NCBI GenBank assembly: GCA_016183235.1
Contig: JACPFA010000021.1
Coordinates: 33,596-97,595, forward strand
Direction: 5' to 3'
Length of the DNA: 64,000 bases
From: Deltaproteobacteria bacterium
GTDB taxonomy: Bacteria > UBA10199 > DSSB01 > JACPFA01
The notes under the pieces were generated by a model. The model made no database searches, was not told the origin of the DNA, and worked only from the letters and a program-made list of their open reading frames with translations. Positions within the stretch are counted from its first letter, which is position 1. The number at the start of each line of letters is the position of its first letter. This document shows positions 1 to 8,496 of the stretch, in pieces. A program made the position numbers and the translations under genes.

Positions 1-76
1 GGGTAGGGCACGCTAACAGCAACAAATTGAGAATGGCACTAGAAAATAGAGGAAAAATTTCCAAAGGAAATTTTTA

Positions 77-148
77 GGGCGCTTGGCTCAGTGGAAGAGC
101 ACTGCCTTCACACGGCAGGGGTCGTAGGTTCGAATCCTACAGCGCCCA
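77..148 (+). tRNA. tRNA-Val (anticodon CAC)
   Basis: Hand-folded cloverleaf. Acceptor GGGCGCT/AGCGCCC, D stem GCTC/GAGC, anticodon stem CTGCC/GGCAG with loop TTCACAC, 5-nt variable loop, T stem GTAGG/CCTAC with loop TTCGAAT, discriminator A. CCA is not encoded. Confidence 0.9.
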
Positions 149-158
149 CAATATTATT

Positions 159-530
159 TTACCCAATGAGAATCACGTCTTTCAATCCTCTGAAATCATT
201 ATCAGCGGTTACTAGTTTGGCTTGATGGGCTAGGGTGGTGCCGTACACAATGGCATCGGCCATGGGGAGTTTGTGTTTGATAGATAAATCTGCGCAAAGC
301 AAAGCCAAGTCATCATTGAATGGGATAGTGGTTCCCTTTTGCATTTGGCTAATGGCCAAAAGAGCCTCAGATTCGCTCGAGTTTTGTTTTATTTTTTTGT
401 AGACTTCAAATAATACTAAAGAGGGTGTGAGTAGAGGGTCCTTGCCTAAAATGTAATGAGAAAATTTATCTTTCTTGGGAAGTCCAAAAAAGAATTCGAT
501 CCAACCTGATGAATCAATCACATAGTTCAT
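159..530 (-). CDS. vapC: PIN-domain toxin (VapC family)
   Basis: 123-aa ORF. N-terminal VIDSSGWIEFF and C-terminal VTADNDF acidic residues are typical of PIN/VapC. ATGA 4-nt overlap with the upstream antitoxin ORF. Confidence 0.85.
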   Translation of the reverse strand: MNYVIDSSGWIEFFFGLPKKDKFSHYILGKDPLLTPSLVLFEVYKKIKQNSSESEALLAISQMQKGTTIPFNDDLALLCADLSIKHKLPMADAIVYGTTLAHQAKLVTADNDFRGLKDVILIG

Positions 531-742
531 AAACGATCGGTTTTCTCCCTTAAGGGGGAAGTGTCGAGGGATTTCCCTTGAAAAAAGCCTTTCATCTTCT
601 TGAGAGGTATTTCGGGGATTAAATAAATAACCCCACCCTTTTCGATGACACTAAATTTCTGCTTAGGGAGCAATTTGAGGCGGTTCCTTACCTCTTTAGG
701 GATTACCACTTGAAATTTTGGGGACAATGAAACGTATGTCAT
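527..742 (-). CDS. AbrB/SpoVT (MazE-like) antitoxin
   Basis: 71-aa ORF. SLSPKFQVVIPKEVRNRL matches the AbrB/SpoVT swapped-hairpin DNA-binding motif. Translationally coupled to the PIN gene. Confidence 0.75.
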   Translation of the reverse strand: MTYVSLSPKFQVVIPKEVRNRLKLLPKQKFSVIEKGGVIYLIPEIPLKKMKGFFQGKSLDTSPLREKTDRL

Positions 743-860
743 ATTTTTTATTTAACCAACATTATATTAATCGATGAAAATATCGTATAACAAAATAAGA
801 AAAAGGTAAAGGACTTTTTTGGTTTGATCAATAGCTTAGCTTTGGTTTAAGCTTAAACCC

Positions 861-1694
861 ATGCCATTCCAAAATATTCTTGTTGCGGTTACTTTTTCTC
901 CGAGACTGGCGGCTTTGGTTTGTGAAGCCGTGCGTGTTCAAAAAGTATGGAATAGCAAGCTTTTGTTTCTGCATGTGGGAGAAAAAACCTCCGAGAAAGA
1001 AAAAATCTTAGAAAATCTATTAACTCAATATCAAGCAACGGGTGCAACGATCCTTTGGGAAAAGGGTTCTATTGTCAAAAAAATATTGGCGGTTTGTCAA
1101 AATCAAAAAATTGATTTGTTGTTAGCTGGGGCTTTGGCCAAGGAGACCATGCTTAAATATTATATTGGTTCAACGGCTCGGGAATTGGTCCGTAAAGCTG
1201 CATGCCCCGTGCTTATTCTCATTTCTCCAAGTTTGATACCCAAACCTTTTCAAAAAATTGCCATTCATGTGGATGAAAATCGAGATTTTCAACGTTCGCT
1301 TGAAATGGGTTTTAGCATTGCTCGGTTGGAAAAGGCGCAAATGGTTTACATCACCAAAGAAGTAGAAATTGGTTATTTTAAAATGTTGATGTCACAGAAT
1401 TTGAGTGAAGAAGAAATAGCGCGCTTAAAGTCTAAAATAACTAATAAAGAATTAGAGTTTATCCAAAACTTGCTCAAAAACTTTGACACCCATGACATCA
1501 TCGTGAAGCCAGAATTGCTTTATGGCAAAGCGGGTTTTGAACTCAAAAATTTTGCTCAAGAGCATAGTCTCGATTTGATTGTCTTAAATGCCCCCGATAT
1601 TTCTTATGGGATTTTAGGCAGGCTCTTTCAACACGATGTTGAAAATTTGCTCGAAGAACTACCCTGTAATTTATTAATTATAAAAGAAAATTAA
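861..1694 (+). CDS. Universal stress protein, tandem Usp domains
   Basis: 277 aa. NILVAV...LLFLHV and STARELVRKAACPVLIL are UspA-family hallmarks. A second Usp-like half ends in PCNLLIIKE. Confidence 0.8.
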   Translation: MPFQNILVAVTFSPRLAALVCEAVRVQKVWNSKLLFLHVGEKTSEKEKILENLLTQYQATGATILWEKGSIVKKILAVCQNQKIDLLLAGALAKETMLKYYIGSTARELVRKAACPVLILISPSLIPKPFQKIAIHVDENRDFQRSLEMGFSIARLEKAQMVYITKEVEIGYFKMLMSQNLSEEEIARLKSKITNKELEFIQNLLKNFDTHDIIVKPELLYGKAGFELKNFAQEHSLDLIVLNAPDISYGILGRLFQHDVENLLEELPCNLLIIKEN

Positions 1695-1695
1695 A

Positions 1696-1873
1696 GGGCA
1701 TCTCTAAAAACTATGTTCGTTACGAAAAATCACAATCTGAGCCGAGACAAGGAAGATGAGCAAAAAGCCCGGAGACGTAGCCACAGCGCTACGTTGAGGA
1801 CTTTTTGTGAAATCTGACGCAGTTGCAGGCCAGAGTGTGATTTTGCAGTAGAAGATAGTTTTTAGAGGTGCCC
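1696..1873. repeat. Nested palindromic element, family D (copy 1)
   Basis: Outer 19-nt inverted repeat GGGCATCTCTAAAAACTAT / ATAGTTTTTAGAGGTGCCC (1 mismatch). It encloses a 93-nt core (1739-1831) that recurs at 45577-45667. Confidence 0.7.
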
Positions 1874-1894
1874 TGAAGGGAATAAAAATATCTT

Positions 1895-3139
1895 ATGCTC
1901 AAGTTAACTCATCTTGAACTTGATACCCTCATGGTGCAAATGGGCTTGCTGCTATTGGCCGCCCGCCTCTTGGGCGAGGTTGCCCGTCGTTTCAAACAAC
2001 CCGTGGTGGTGGGGGAAATCTTGGCCGGGGTATTGTTAGGGCCTACAATTTTGGGGGCCATCAGCCCTGAATTTTTTTATAAAATTTTCCCCCTATCGGG
2101 TAGCACAGCATTAACCCTCAACGCCATTGCCTCGCTTTCTGCTGTGATGCTGCTTTTTATTGCGGGGATCGAAGTCGAACTTGAGATGGTGTGGCAAGAA
2201 GGCCGCAAGGCTTTGTTTACCAGCTTTGGCGGGGTGATTGTTCCTTTTGTTGTGGGTTTTGGGATTGCATGGTTTCTGCCTAATCTTTTTGAATATTATG
2301 AAAGCTACGATCGTTTTCTCATGCCCTTGTTTTTGGGAACGGCCTTGTCGATCAGTGCATTACCCGTGATTGCTAAAACTTTGATGGATTTGGATATTTT
2401 TAAAACCCGATTGGGTAATTTAATTATTGCCAGTGCCATGGCCGATGATCTGTTTGGCTGGATGATGTTTTCACTGATTATTGCTCGCATGGGTGCTGGC
2501 CCTGGGATCAATTTGCTCATGACACTTTTTTTAACGCTACTTTTTACCTTCGGCATGCTTACGCTGGGCAGAATCTTGTTAGACAGGTCTTTAACGTTGG
2601 TCAAAAAACATTTTGTTTGGCCCGGTGGTGTGGTTGCCTTTGCCTTGTCATTGTGTTTTCTGGGGGCGGCTTTTACCGAATTTATTGGGATTCACGCCAT
2701 TTTTGGCGCCTTTATTGTAGGGGTGGCTTTAGGTGATTCAAGGCATCTTTCCATGCAAGCCAGAGAAATTATTTATCAGTTTGTCAACAATGTGTTCGCC
2801 CCACTTTTTTTTGCTACCATTGGATTAAAGGTCAATTTTGTTGAAAATTTTAATTTGCTACTAACACTCATTGTGGTTTTTGCCTCCTATTTTGGGAAAT
2901 TGGTGGGTTGTGGGTTAATTTCTTATTGGTCGGGGTTTCAATGGCGAGAGGCCATGGCCATTGGCTTTGGCATGAATGCCCGTGGCGCCATGGTTATCAT
3001 CTTGGGATTATTAGCTTTGGAACATGAACTGATTCAAACCAATCTTTTTGTCTCTTTGGTCATCATGGCCTTGGTTACCAGCATCACCAGTGGCCCTTTG
3101 ATGAAGTATTTTTTAAAACCCACTCCGGCCACACGTTGA
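1895..3139 (+). CDS. Cation:proton antiporter (CPA2/Kef-type)
   Basis: 414 aa, polytopic. N-terminal LLGEVARRFKQPVVVGEILAGVLLGPTILG is the typical CPA2 Na+(K+)/H+ exchanger signature. Confidence 0.8.
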   Translation: MLKLTHLELDTLMVQMGLLLLAARLLGEVARRFKQPVVVGEILAGVLLGPTILGAISPEFFYKIFPLSGSTALTLNAIASLSAVMLLFIAGIEVELEMVWQEGRKALFTSFGGVIVPFVVGFGIAWFLPNLFEYYESYDRFLMPLFLGTALSISALPVIAKTLMDLDIFKTRLGNLIIASAMADDLFGWMMFSLIIARMGAGPGINLLMTLFLTLLFTFGMLTLGRILLDRSLTLVKKHFVWPGGVVAFALSLCFLGAAFTEFIGIHAIFGAFIVGVALGDSRHLSMQAREIIYQFVNNVFAPLFFATIGLKVNFVENFNLLLTLIVVFASYFGKLVGCGLISYWSGFQWREAMAIGFGMNARGAMVIILGLLALEHELIQTNLFVSLVIMALVTSITSGPLMKYFLKPTPATR

Positions 3140-3172
3140 CAAAAGGGTTTTTCTTAAGTAGGGCAGCGAACA

Positions 3173-3454
3173 ATGGGAAAAGCGCGTCAAAAATTAATTC
3201 TTTTTTTATTAGGGTTTTTCCTATCGCAGGGGATGGTGCAAGTGCTTCATGCCCATGCCTTGGGGGCTGGTAAATTAGCGGGGACTTGTGACACTTGCAT
3301 CCTTTTACAACCAACGAGTTTTGCCGAGGCTCATGATCCTTCTCTTAATATAGGTTCGTATCAAACCGATTTTTTATTTATTTATTCTAACCCCCTTCCA
3401 TTGGGTTTTTTTTGTGATCTACAGTTTTCAAGAGCCCCTCCCATTTTAAAATAA
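3173..3454 (+). CDS. Small membrane-anchored His/Cys-containing hypothetical protein
   Basis: 93-aa ORF with an N-terminal hydrophobic helix followed by HAHALGAGKLAGTCDTC. Lies upstream of the metal-uptake cluster. Weak RBS and no recognisable family. Confidence 0.3.
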   Translation: MGKARQKLILFLLGFFLSQGMVQVLHAHALGAGKLAGTCDTCILLQPTSFAEAHDPSLNIGSYQTDFLFIYSNPLPLGFFCDLQFSRAPPILK

Positions 3455-3462
3455 TGTCATAG

Positions 3463-3568
3463 ATGGATCCTCAGGTCTTAGCCCGGGATGACGTCATATA
3501 TATAGATCCTAGGTTTTAGTCCGGCATGATGGCGCTATGTCATCCCGGGCTAAGACCTGAGGATCCAT
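3463..3568. repeat. Palindromic element, family C (30-nt perfect inverted repeat)
   Basis: ATGGATCCTCAGGTCTTAGCCCGGGATGAC (3463-3492) has its exact reverse complement at 3539-3568, with a 46-nt spacer. Related copies lie at 41224, 44900, 54304 and 55311. Confidence 0.8.
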
Positions 3569-3594
3569 GATGACCAATGTTATGGATGTTTACG

Positions 3595-4758
3595 ATGAAG
3601 TTTATTTTATCAATACTTTTTTTATTTCTTTTCACGATCACTGGTTATGCTGAAGAAAGTCAGCCAACCACTGCAGAGGAAGAGATTCAGCAAATTAATC
3701 AGCAATTAAATCAATCCCCAGGCAGCTCTTCTGTTCCTGCTAAAAAATATTTTGGACCTTTTAGTTATCCTGCCACGAATCAGGGTTTGGCCAAAATTAT
3801 TCCCGATATTAGTGTTATCGGGAGTTTGGCGACCGCTTACTTTAAAGAGGAGCCCGCCGGCGAAACGGGCCATGAGCCTGCCCGTACGGGTTTTACCCTA
3901 CAAGAAATTGAGATAGCCCTTCAATCGGTCATAGATCCCTATTTTCGAGCAGACGTTTTTTTATCCGTCAGCGAAGAGGGATTTGAGTTAGAAGAGGGTT
4001 ATGCAACTACTTTGAGCTTGCCCAAGGGTCTTCAAATTAAGGCAGGAAAATTTTTGTTACCTTTTGGGCGACAAAATTCGAAACATCTTGAACAATGGGA
4101 TTTTGTGAATGCCCCCTTGGTATCAAAATATTTGTGGGGGCCGGAGGGCTTAAACGAGTTGGGGGCTGAAATAGCCTATACCTTTCCGACCCCCTTCTTT
4201 CTTCAACTGCAGGGGACCTTTAGTAACGGAGTCAATGAAGAAAGTTTTGATGGGAAACAAAAAAAAGACTTTTTATATCAGGGGCGTTTATCGACTAGTT
4301 TTGATTTCAATGAGAAATGGACTTTACTTTTAGGGGCCTCGGGTGCCTGGGGCTTTAATGACGAGCTGCCAGGAGCCTTTACCCAAATCTATGGAGGAGA
4401 CTTGTTAATTCGATACAGACCTTCTTCATACCGAGCTCTGACCTTGCAAGCGGAATATCTTTTTCGTGATAAGGAATTGGCAAGTGGCAAGGCTCAAGAT
4501 GGCGGTGGTTACCTATTTGCAAACTATCAGTTTGCAAAACGTTGGCACGCAGGGCTGCGCTACGATCAAGTGGGTTGGCCAGCAGGGCTCATCACGCGTG
4601 AGTTTCGTGTGAGCCCCGATATTACGTTTAATCCAACCGAGTTTTCTCGTTTGCGTTTACAATATGATTTTAGCAAGGTGCCAGGTCACGAGGCTAATCA
4701 TGCAGCTATTTTGCAATTGCAATATACGATGGGGCCTCATGGGGCCCATCCCTTTTAA
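3595..4758 (+). CDS. Outer-membrane beta-barrel (porin-like) protein, first gene of the metal-uptake cluster
   Basis: Start moved to MKFILSILFLFLFTITGYA (signal peptide). Alternating amphipathic strands and a C-terminal aromatic residue (..GAHPF) are typical of OMP barrels. Family not identified. Confidence 0.6.
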   Translation: MKFILSILFLFLFTITGYAEESQPTTAEEEIQQINQQLNQSPGSSSVPAKKYFGPFSYPATNQGLAKIIPDISVIGSLATAYFKEEPAGETGHEPARTGFTLQEIEIALQSVIDPYFRADVFLSVSEEGFELEEGYATTLSLPKGLQIKAGKFLLPFGRQNSKHLEQWDFVNAPLVSKYLWGPEGLNELGAEIAYTFPTPFFLQLQGTFSNGVNEESFDGKQKKDFLYQGRLSTSFDFNEKWTLLLGASGAWGFNDELPGAFTQIYGGDLLIRYRPSSYRALTLQAEYLFRDKELASGKAQDGGGYLFANYQFAKRWHAGLRYDQVGWPAGLITREFRVSPDITFNPTEFSRLRLQYDFSKVPGHEANHAAILQLQYTMGPHGAHPF

Positions 4759-4770
4759 TAGAAGCTTGTT

Positions 4771-5664
4771 ATGAAAAAATTATTTTTAACCATTTTAATA
4801 TTTATGAGTTTCATCTTACAGGCTCAAGGCAAAGTTAAAATTGTAGCAACATTGCCGGTGTTTGGATCTATTGCCCAAGAAATCGGAGGCGAACGAGTAG
4901 AGGTGACGAGTTTGGCATCGGCAGATCAAGATCCTCATTTTATCGATGCCAAGCCATCTTATGCTGTTTTATTGAATCAAGCGGATTTGTTGATCGAAGG
5001 TAATATGGGTTTGGAGACAGGCTGGTTACCACCTTTGTTGTTGCAAGCTAGAAATCCTAAAATCATGAAAGGCGGCAAGGGTTACGTGGATGCTTCGCAG
5101 GGAGTCGAGAGTTTAGAAATTCCACAAGGGGGGGTGAATTTATTCCAAGGTGATATTCACCCGCGAGGCAATCCACACCAATGGTTCGATCCGCGTGCGG
5201 TCAAGATTTTAGCGGTCAATATTAACCAGCATTTGGTTGCCATCGATGCTGAAGGCAAACCTTACTACGATGCTCAATTGAAAAACTTTATTGATCAATT
5301 GAATCAACATTTAAGTCAGTGGGCTCAATTGACCCAAGGATGGCGGGGTAAAAAGATCATTACCTATCATCGGAGTTTAAGCTACTTGGCGCATTGGTTA
5401 GGCCTTGAGGTCCGAGATACTTTGGAACCTAAGCCAGGCATACCGCCTAGTACTAGGCGAATTGAAGAGTTGGTAAAAACTTTACAAAACGATAAAATTT
5501 CTTTGCTATTGAGCGAAGAATTTTATCCTCGTAGTTTAGCGGACTATCTGGCGCAGAATATGAAAGTTCCTTTGTTGGTGATTAAGGCGCAACCCCATGC
5601 TAAGCAAAAATATGTCGATTGGATGGATTCGTTGCTTAACCAAATGCAGAAGAAAATTTTGTGA
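4771..5664 (+). CDS. Metal (Zn/Mn) ABC transporter substrate-binding protein, ZnuA/TroA family
   Basis: 297 aa with a signal peptide. VATLPVFGSIAQEIGG...DPHF and ITYHRSLSYLA motifs belong to cluster-9 metal-binding proteins. No His-rich loop, so metal specificity is unresolved. Confidence 0.8.
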   Translation: MKKLFLTILIFMSFILQAQGKVKIVATLPVFGSIAQEIGGERVEVTSLASADQDPHFIDAKPSYAVLLNQADLLIEGNMGLETGWLPPLLLQARNPKIMKGGKGYVDASQGVESLEIPQGGVNLFQGDIHPRGNPHQWFDPRAVKILAVNINQHLVAIDAEGKPYYDAQLKNFIDQLNQHLSQWAQLTQGWRGKKIITYHRSLSYLAHWLGLEVRDTLEPKPGIPPSTRRIEELVKTLQNDKISLLLSEEFYPRSLADYLAQNMKVPLLVIKAQPHAKQKYVDWMDSLLNQMQKKIL

Positions 5665-6341
5665 ATGAACTGATTTTAACTTTAGAAAGTTTGATTGTAG
5701 GTTACTATCAAACCCCTTTGAGCCAAGCCATTTCTGCTTCGGTGCGTACGGGTGCGAGGGTAGGGGTGATGGGCCCCAACGGTGCGGGTAAGAGCACTTT
5801 TATAAAGACGCTCTTAGGTATTTTGAGGCCTGTGAGAGGGAATTTTCATTGGTTGCGGTCCGTGCGGCTTGGTTATGTGCCTCAAGAAAGAAATTTTGAT
5901 CCGCTCTTTCCATTAACGGTTCAAGATTATCTGCAGATGGGTTCTTTAAAAAGGGTCGAGGCACTTGGTGAAAAAGAGGTGGAGGCCATCCTACAGCAGT
6001 TTGACTTGCTGGCCTTACGTTATCAATTGGTTCGTTCCCTTTCGGGTGGGCAAAGACAGCGCGCATTGATTGCTAGGGCACTGGTGAGCCAGCCCTCGGT
6101 GCTATTGCTCGATGAGGCTTGGAATTCACTCGATGCTAACTTCAAAAGTTACTTAGAAGAAAATCTATTTCAATCTACCCAAGATCGGGGGCTTACTTAT
6201 TTTTTAGTGGAACATGATTTGTCGAGGCTCAAACGTTTAAGGGTAGAGCAGATTTTTTTATTTTCTCAAGACGGGGTGTGGATAGGTAATTTAGAAGAAT
6301 TATTGGCCAATCCCAAGCTTGTGGAGTTATCGGGTGATTAA
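5661..6341 (+). CDS. Metal ABC transporter ATP-binding protein (ZnuC-like)
   Basis: Walker A GPNGAGKST, ABC signature LSGGQRQR, Walker B LLLDEA. 4-nt overlap with the preceding gene. Confidence 0.85.
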   Translation: MNELILTLESLIVGYYQTPLSQAISASVRTGARVGVMGPNGAGKSTFIKTLLGILRPVRGNFHWLRSVRLGYVPQERNFDPLFPLTVQDYLQMGSLKRVEALGEKEVEAILQQFDLLALRYQLVRSLSGGQRQRALIARALVSQPSVLLLDEAWNSLDANFKSYLEENLFQSTQDRGLTYFLVEHDLSRLKRLRVEQIFLFSQDGVWIGNLEELLANPKLVELSGD

Positions 6342-7245
6342 AAGAGTTTTTTATTATTTATTGTTCACCATTGTCTTGTTAGCAGCGTTTTCTTATTTCC
6401 GTATTGCCGATGCCAAAACCTTCTTAAGTAATTTTTTTCTGTTTCGTGACCCCTTAATTGGGGGGATGGTAGCAGGGCTAGTTGTGGCCTATTTGGGCGT
6501 TTATATGCTGTTCAATCGCATTGTGTTTATGAGCCTTGCGGTGACACAAGGCGCGGGTTTGGGCATTTTTCTGGCTCTTCTGGTAGGGGCATGGTTGGGG
6601 CTTGAACATATGAATGCCTGGATAAGTTTGGGTTCTGGGATTGGGCTTGCGTTGTTGATTAGTTTAAGTTTTGGATTTTATCGGCGACAACGGCATTTGT
6701 CAGATGAGTCCATGATAGGCATTCTTTATGTCTTGGCTTCTAGCCTTATTGTGCTGGTGGGGGATCGAATTTCCGAAGGCCGTCATGAAATTGATAATTT
6801 GCTTTTTGGTAATGCCGTTGCGGTAACAACCCATTATTTGTGGGTGCTGGTTATAGGTGCAGGATTATTGCTGTTGGTACATTTGTTGTTTTATCGGCAA
6901 TTTTTGTATTGTTCGGCAGATCCTGAATTTATGCAAACCCAAGGCGTTAAAGTGGGGCTGTGGAGAGCCTTGTTATACTTGACTTTGACGGTGGGCATTA
7001 CCTTAGCTGTAAAATTATTGGGGAGTCTTACGATTGTTGCCTTGATTGTGATTCCACCGTTTATTGGGTTACGTCGAGGTAAAAATGCTGCCAGCGCTTT
7101 TGTGATAGCAAGTCTCTTAGGCCTGGTTTGCCCAGCCGTTGGTTTTTATTTATCTTACCTATTTTCATTGCCAGCAGGTGCTTCAGTGGTGAGTGTTTGC
7201 GGATTATATCTTTTATTAAGCCTTCTGGAAGATAAATTCCGTTGA
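6319..7245 (+). CDS. Metal ABC transporter permease (ABC-3/ZnuB-like)
   Basis: 308 aa, polytopic. Position and hydrophobic profile are typical of ABC-3 permeases. The start (TTG 6319 or a later GTG) is uncertain. Confidence 0.8.
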   Translation: MWSYRVIKRVFYYLLFTIVLLAAFSYFRIADAKTFLSNFFLFRDPLIGGMVAGLVVAYLGVYMLFNRIVFMSLAVTQGAGLGIFLALLVGAWLGLEHMNAWISLGSGIGLALLISLSFGFYRRQRHLSDESMIGILYVLASSLIVLVGDRISEGRHEIDNLLFGNAVAVTTHYLWVLVIGAGLLLLVHLLFYRQFLYCSADPEFMQTQGVKVGLWRALLYLTLTVGITLAVKLLGSLTIVALIVIPPFIGLRRGKNAASAFVIASLLGLVCPAVGFYLSYLFSLPAGASVVSVCGLYLLLSLLEDKFR

Positions 7246-7269
7246 CAATCGTGGTTGGGCTGGAAATAG

Positions 7270-8478
7270 GTGGTTCACCTTATGTCGCAGAAAAAACTGG
7301 TTATTTATTTAGGATTGATTTTATCAATTTGTGCTCAGTGGATCATTTTAAAATTTTCTGGGATTACGCTTCACACCCCATGGAATGCGGTGGCCCCAGG
7401 GGTGGCCATCTTTGGAGCGGCCTTTTTATTATCTTGGGCGGCGGAGCTTGCACAATTTGAAATCCCCGAGGCTTTAGCGATTTCGTTTTTGGCGTTTATT
7501 GCGGTGTTACCCGAATATGCTGTCGATGCCTATTTTGCTTGGGAAGCCGCAAAAGATCCTCAATACATTCATTATGCCACTGCCAACATGACGGGCGCTA
7601 ATCGGCTGCTCATCGGTATGGGCTGGGCAACGGTGATTTTTGCCTATTATTTTCGCTCTAAAAAAACCAAGGTGGTTTTGCCGAAAACCAGCCGCATTGA
7701 TTTGATGGCCCTTACTTTGGCCACGCTTTACTGTTTTATCATTCCTATTAAGGGCACCTTAACTTATTGGGATTCGATTGTTTTATTGAGTATCTTTGCC
7801 CTCTATATTTTTAAGCAAAGCCAAACTCACCATGCTGAACCTGAGGTAGAGGGGCCGGTGGCTGTGCTGGCTAAGTTGCCGCGGGGTAGGCGAATTTTTG
7901 TGACGGTATTGTTATTTTTTATTTCGGGCTTTACCATTTTTATTGCCGCAGAACCCTTTGCCGAAGGGCTTTTAGAATCCGGCCGAAGGTTTGGGGTAGA
8001 AGAATTTATTTTAGTGCAATGGTTGGCGCCGCTGGCCAGTGAATCGCCAGAATTTATCGTGGCGATTATTTTTGCATTAAACAAAAAACCCACAGCGAGT
8101 TTATCAACCTTGGTTTCTTCAAAAGTTAACCAATGGACTTTGCTGGTAGGCATGCTGCCTTTAATTTACAGTTTTTCGGCAGGGCAAATTTTGCCGATGG
8201 GTTTAGATGCTCGCCAATCCGAAGAAATTTTATTAACGGTAGCGCAATCGTTTTTTGCCATTGCCGTTATCGCCAACTTGTCGATTTCACTCTGGGAGGC
8301 TTTAATTCTCTTTGGACTGTTTGCGACCCAACTCTTCTTTACCTCAGGTGCCGTGCGCCATGTCTACGCCTATGTGTATATTGGCCTAGCGTTCTTACTG
8401 CTCCTAACCCAAAAGGAAAACCGCCGTGGTCTTTATGCAGTTATGCGTGAGACTTTCACATTGTCTGCCAAGCATTAA
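7270..8478 (+). CDS. Ca2+/cation antiporter (CaCA, sodium/calcium exchanger membrane region) family protein
   Basis: 402 aa, polytopic. Two alpha-repeat-like segments (VLPEYAVDAYFA and ASESPEFIVAIIFA) resemble CaCA exchangers. Confidence 0.55.
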   Translation: MVHLMSQKKLVIYLGLILSICAQWIILKFSGITLHTPWNAVAPGVAIFGAAFLLSWAAELAQFEIPEALAISFLAFIAVLPEYAVDAYFAWEAAKDPQYIHYATANMTGANRLLIGMGWATVIFAYYFRSKKTKVVLPKTSRIDLMALTLATLYCFIIPIKGTLTYWDSIVLLSIFALYIFKQSQTHHAEPEVEGPVAVLAKLPRGRRIFVTVLLFFISGFTIFIAAEPFAEGLLESGRRFGVEEFILVQWLAPLASESPEFIVAIIFALNKKPTASLSTLVSSKVNQWTLLVGMLPLIYSFSAGQILPMGLDARQSEEILLTVAQSFFAIAVIANLSISLWEALILFGLFATQLFFTSGAVRHVYAYVYIGLAFLLLLTQKENRRGLYAVMRETFTLSAKH

Positions 8479-8496
8479 TTTTAAAATCCTCTAATT

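Noticed and set aside
1-860. tRNA-Val followed by a TA pair as a possible integration site of a genomic island
   Set aside because: There is no integrase and no direct repeat of the tRNA 3' end in the window. The downstream genes (usp, antiporter) look like core genes.
3575-3595. AATGTTAT half-site resembling a Zur box in front of the metal-uptake OMP
   Set aside because: Only one half-site is present with no dyad partner. It also overlaps the alternative upstream start codons, so it cannot be called an operator.
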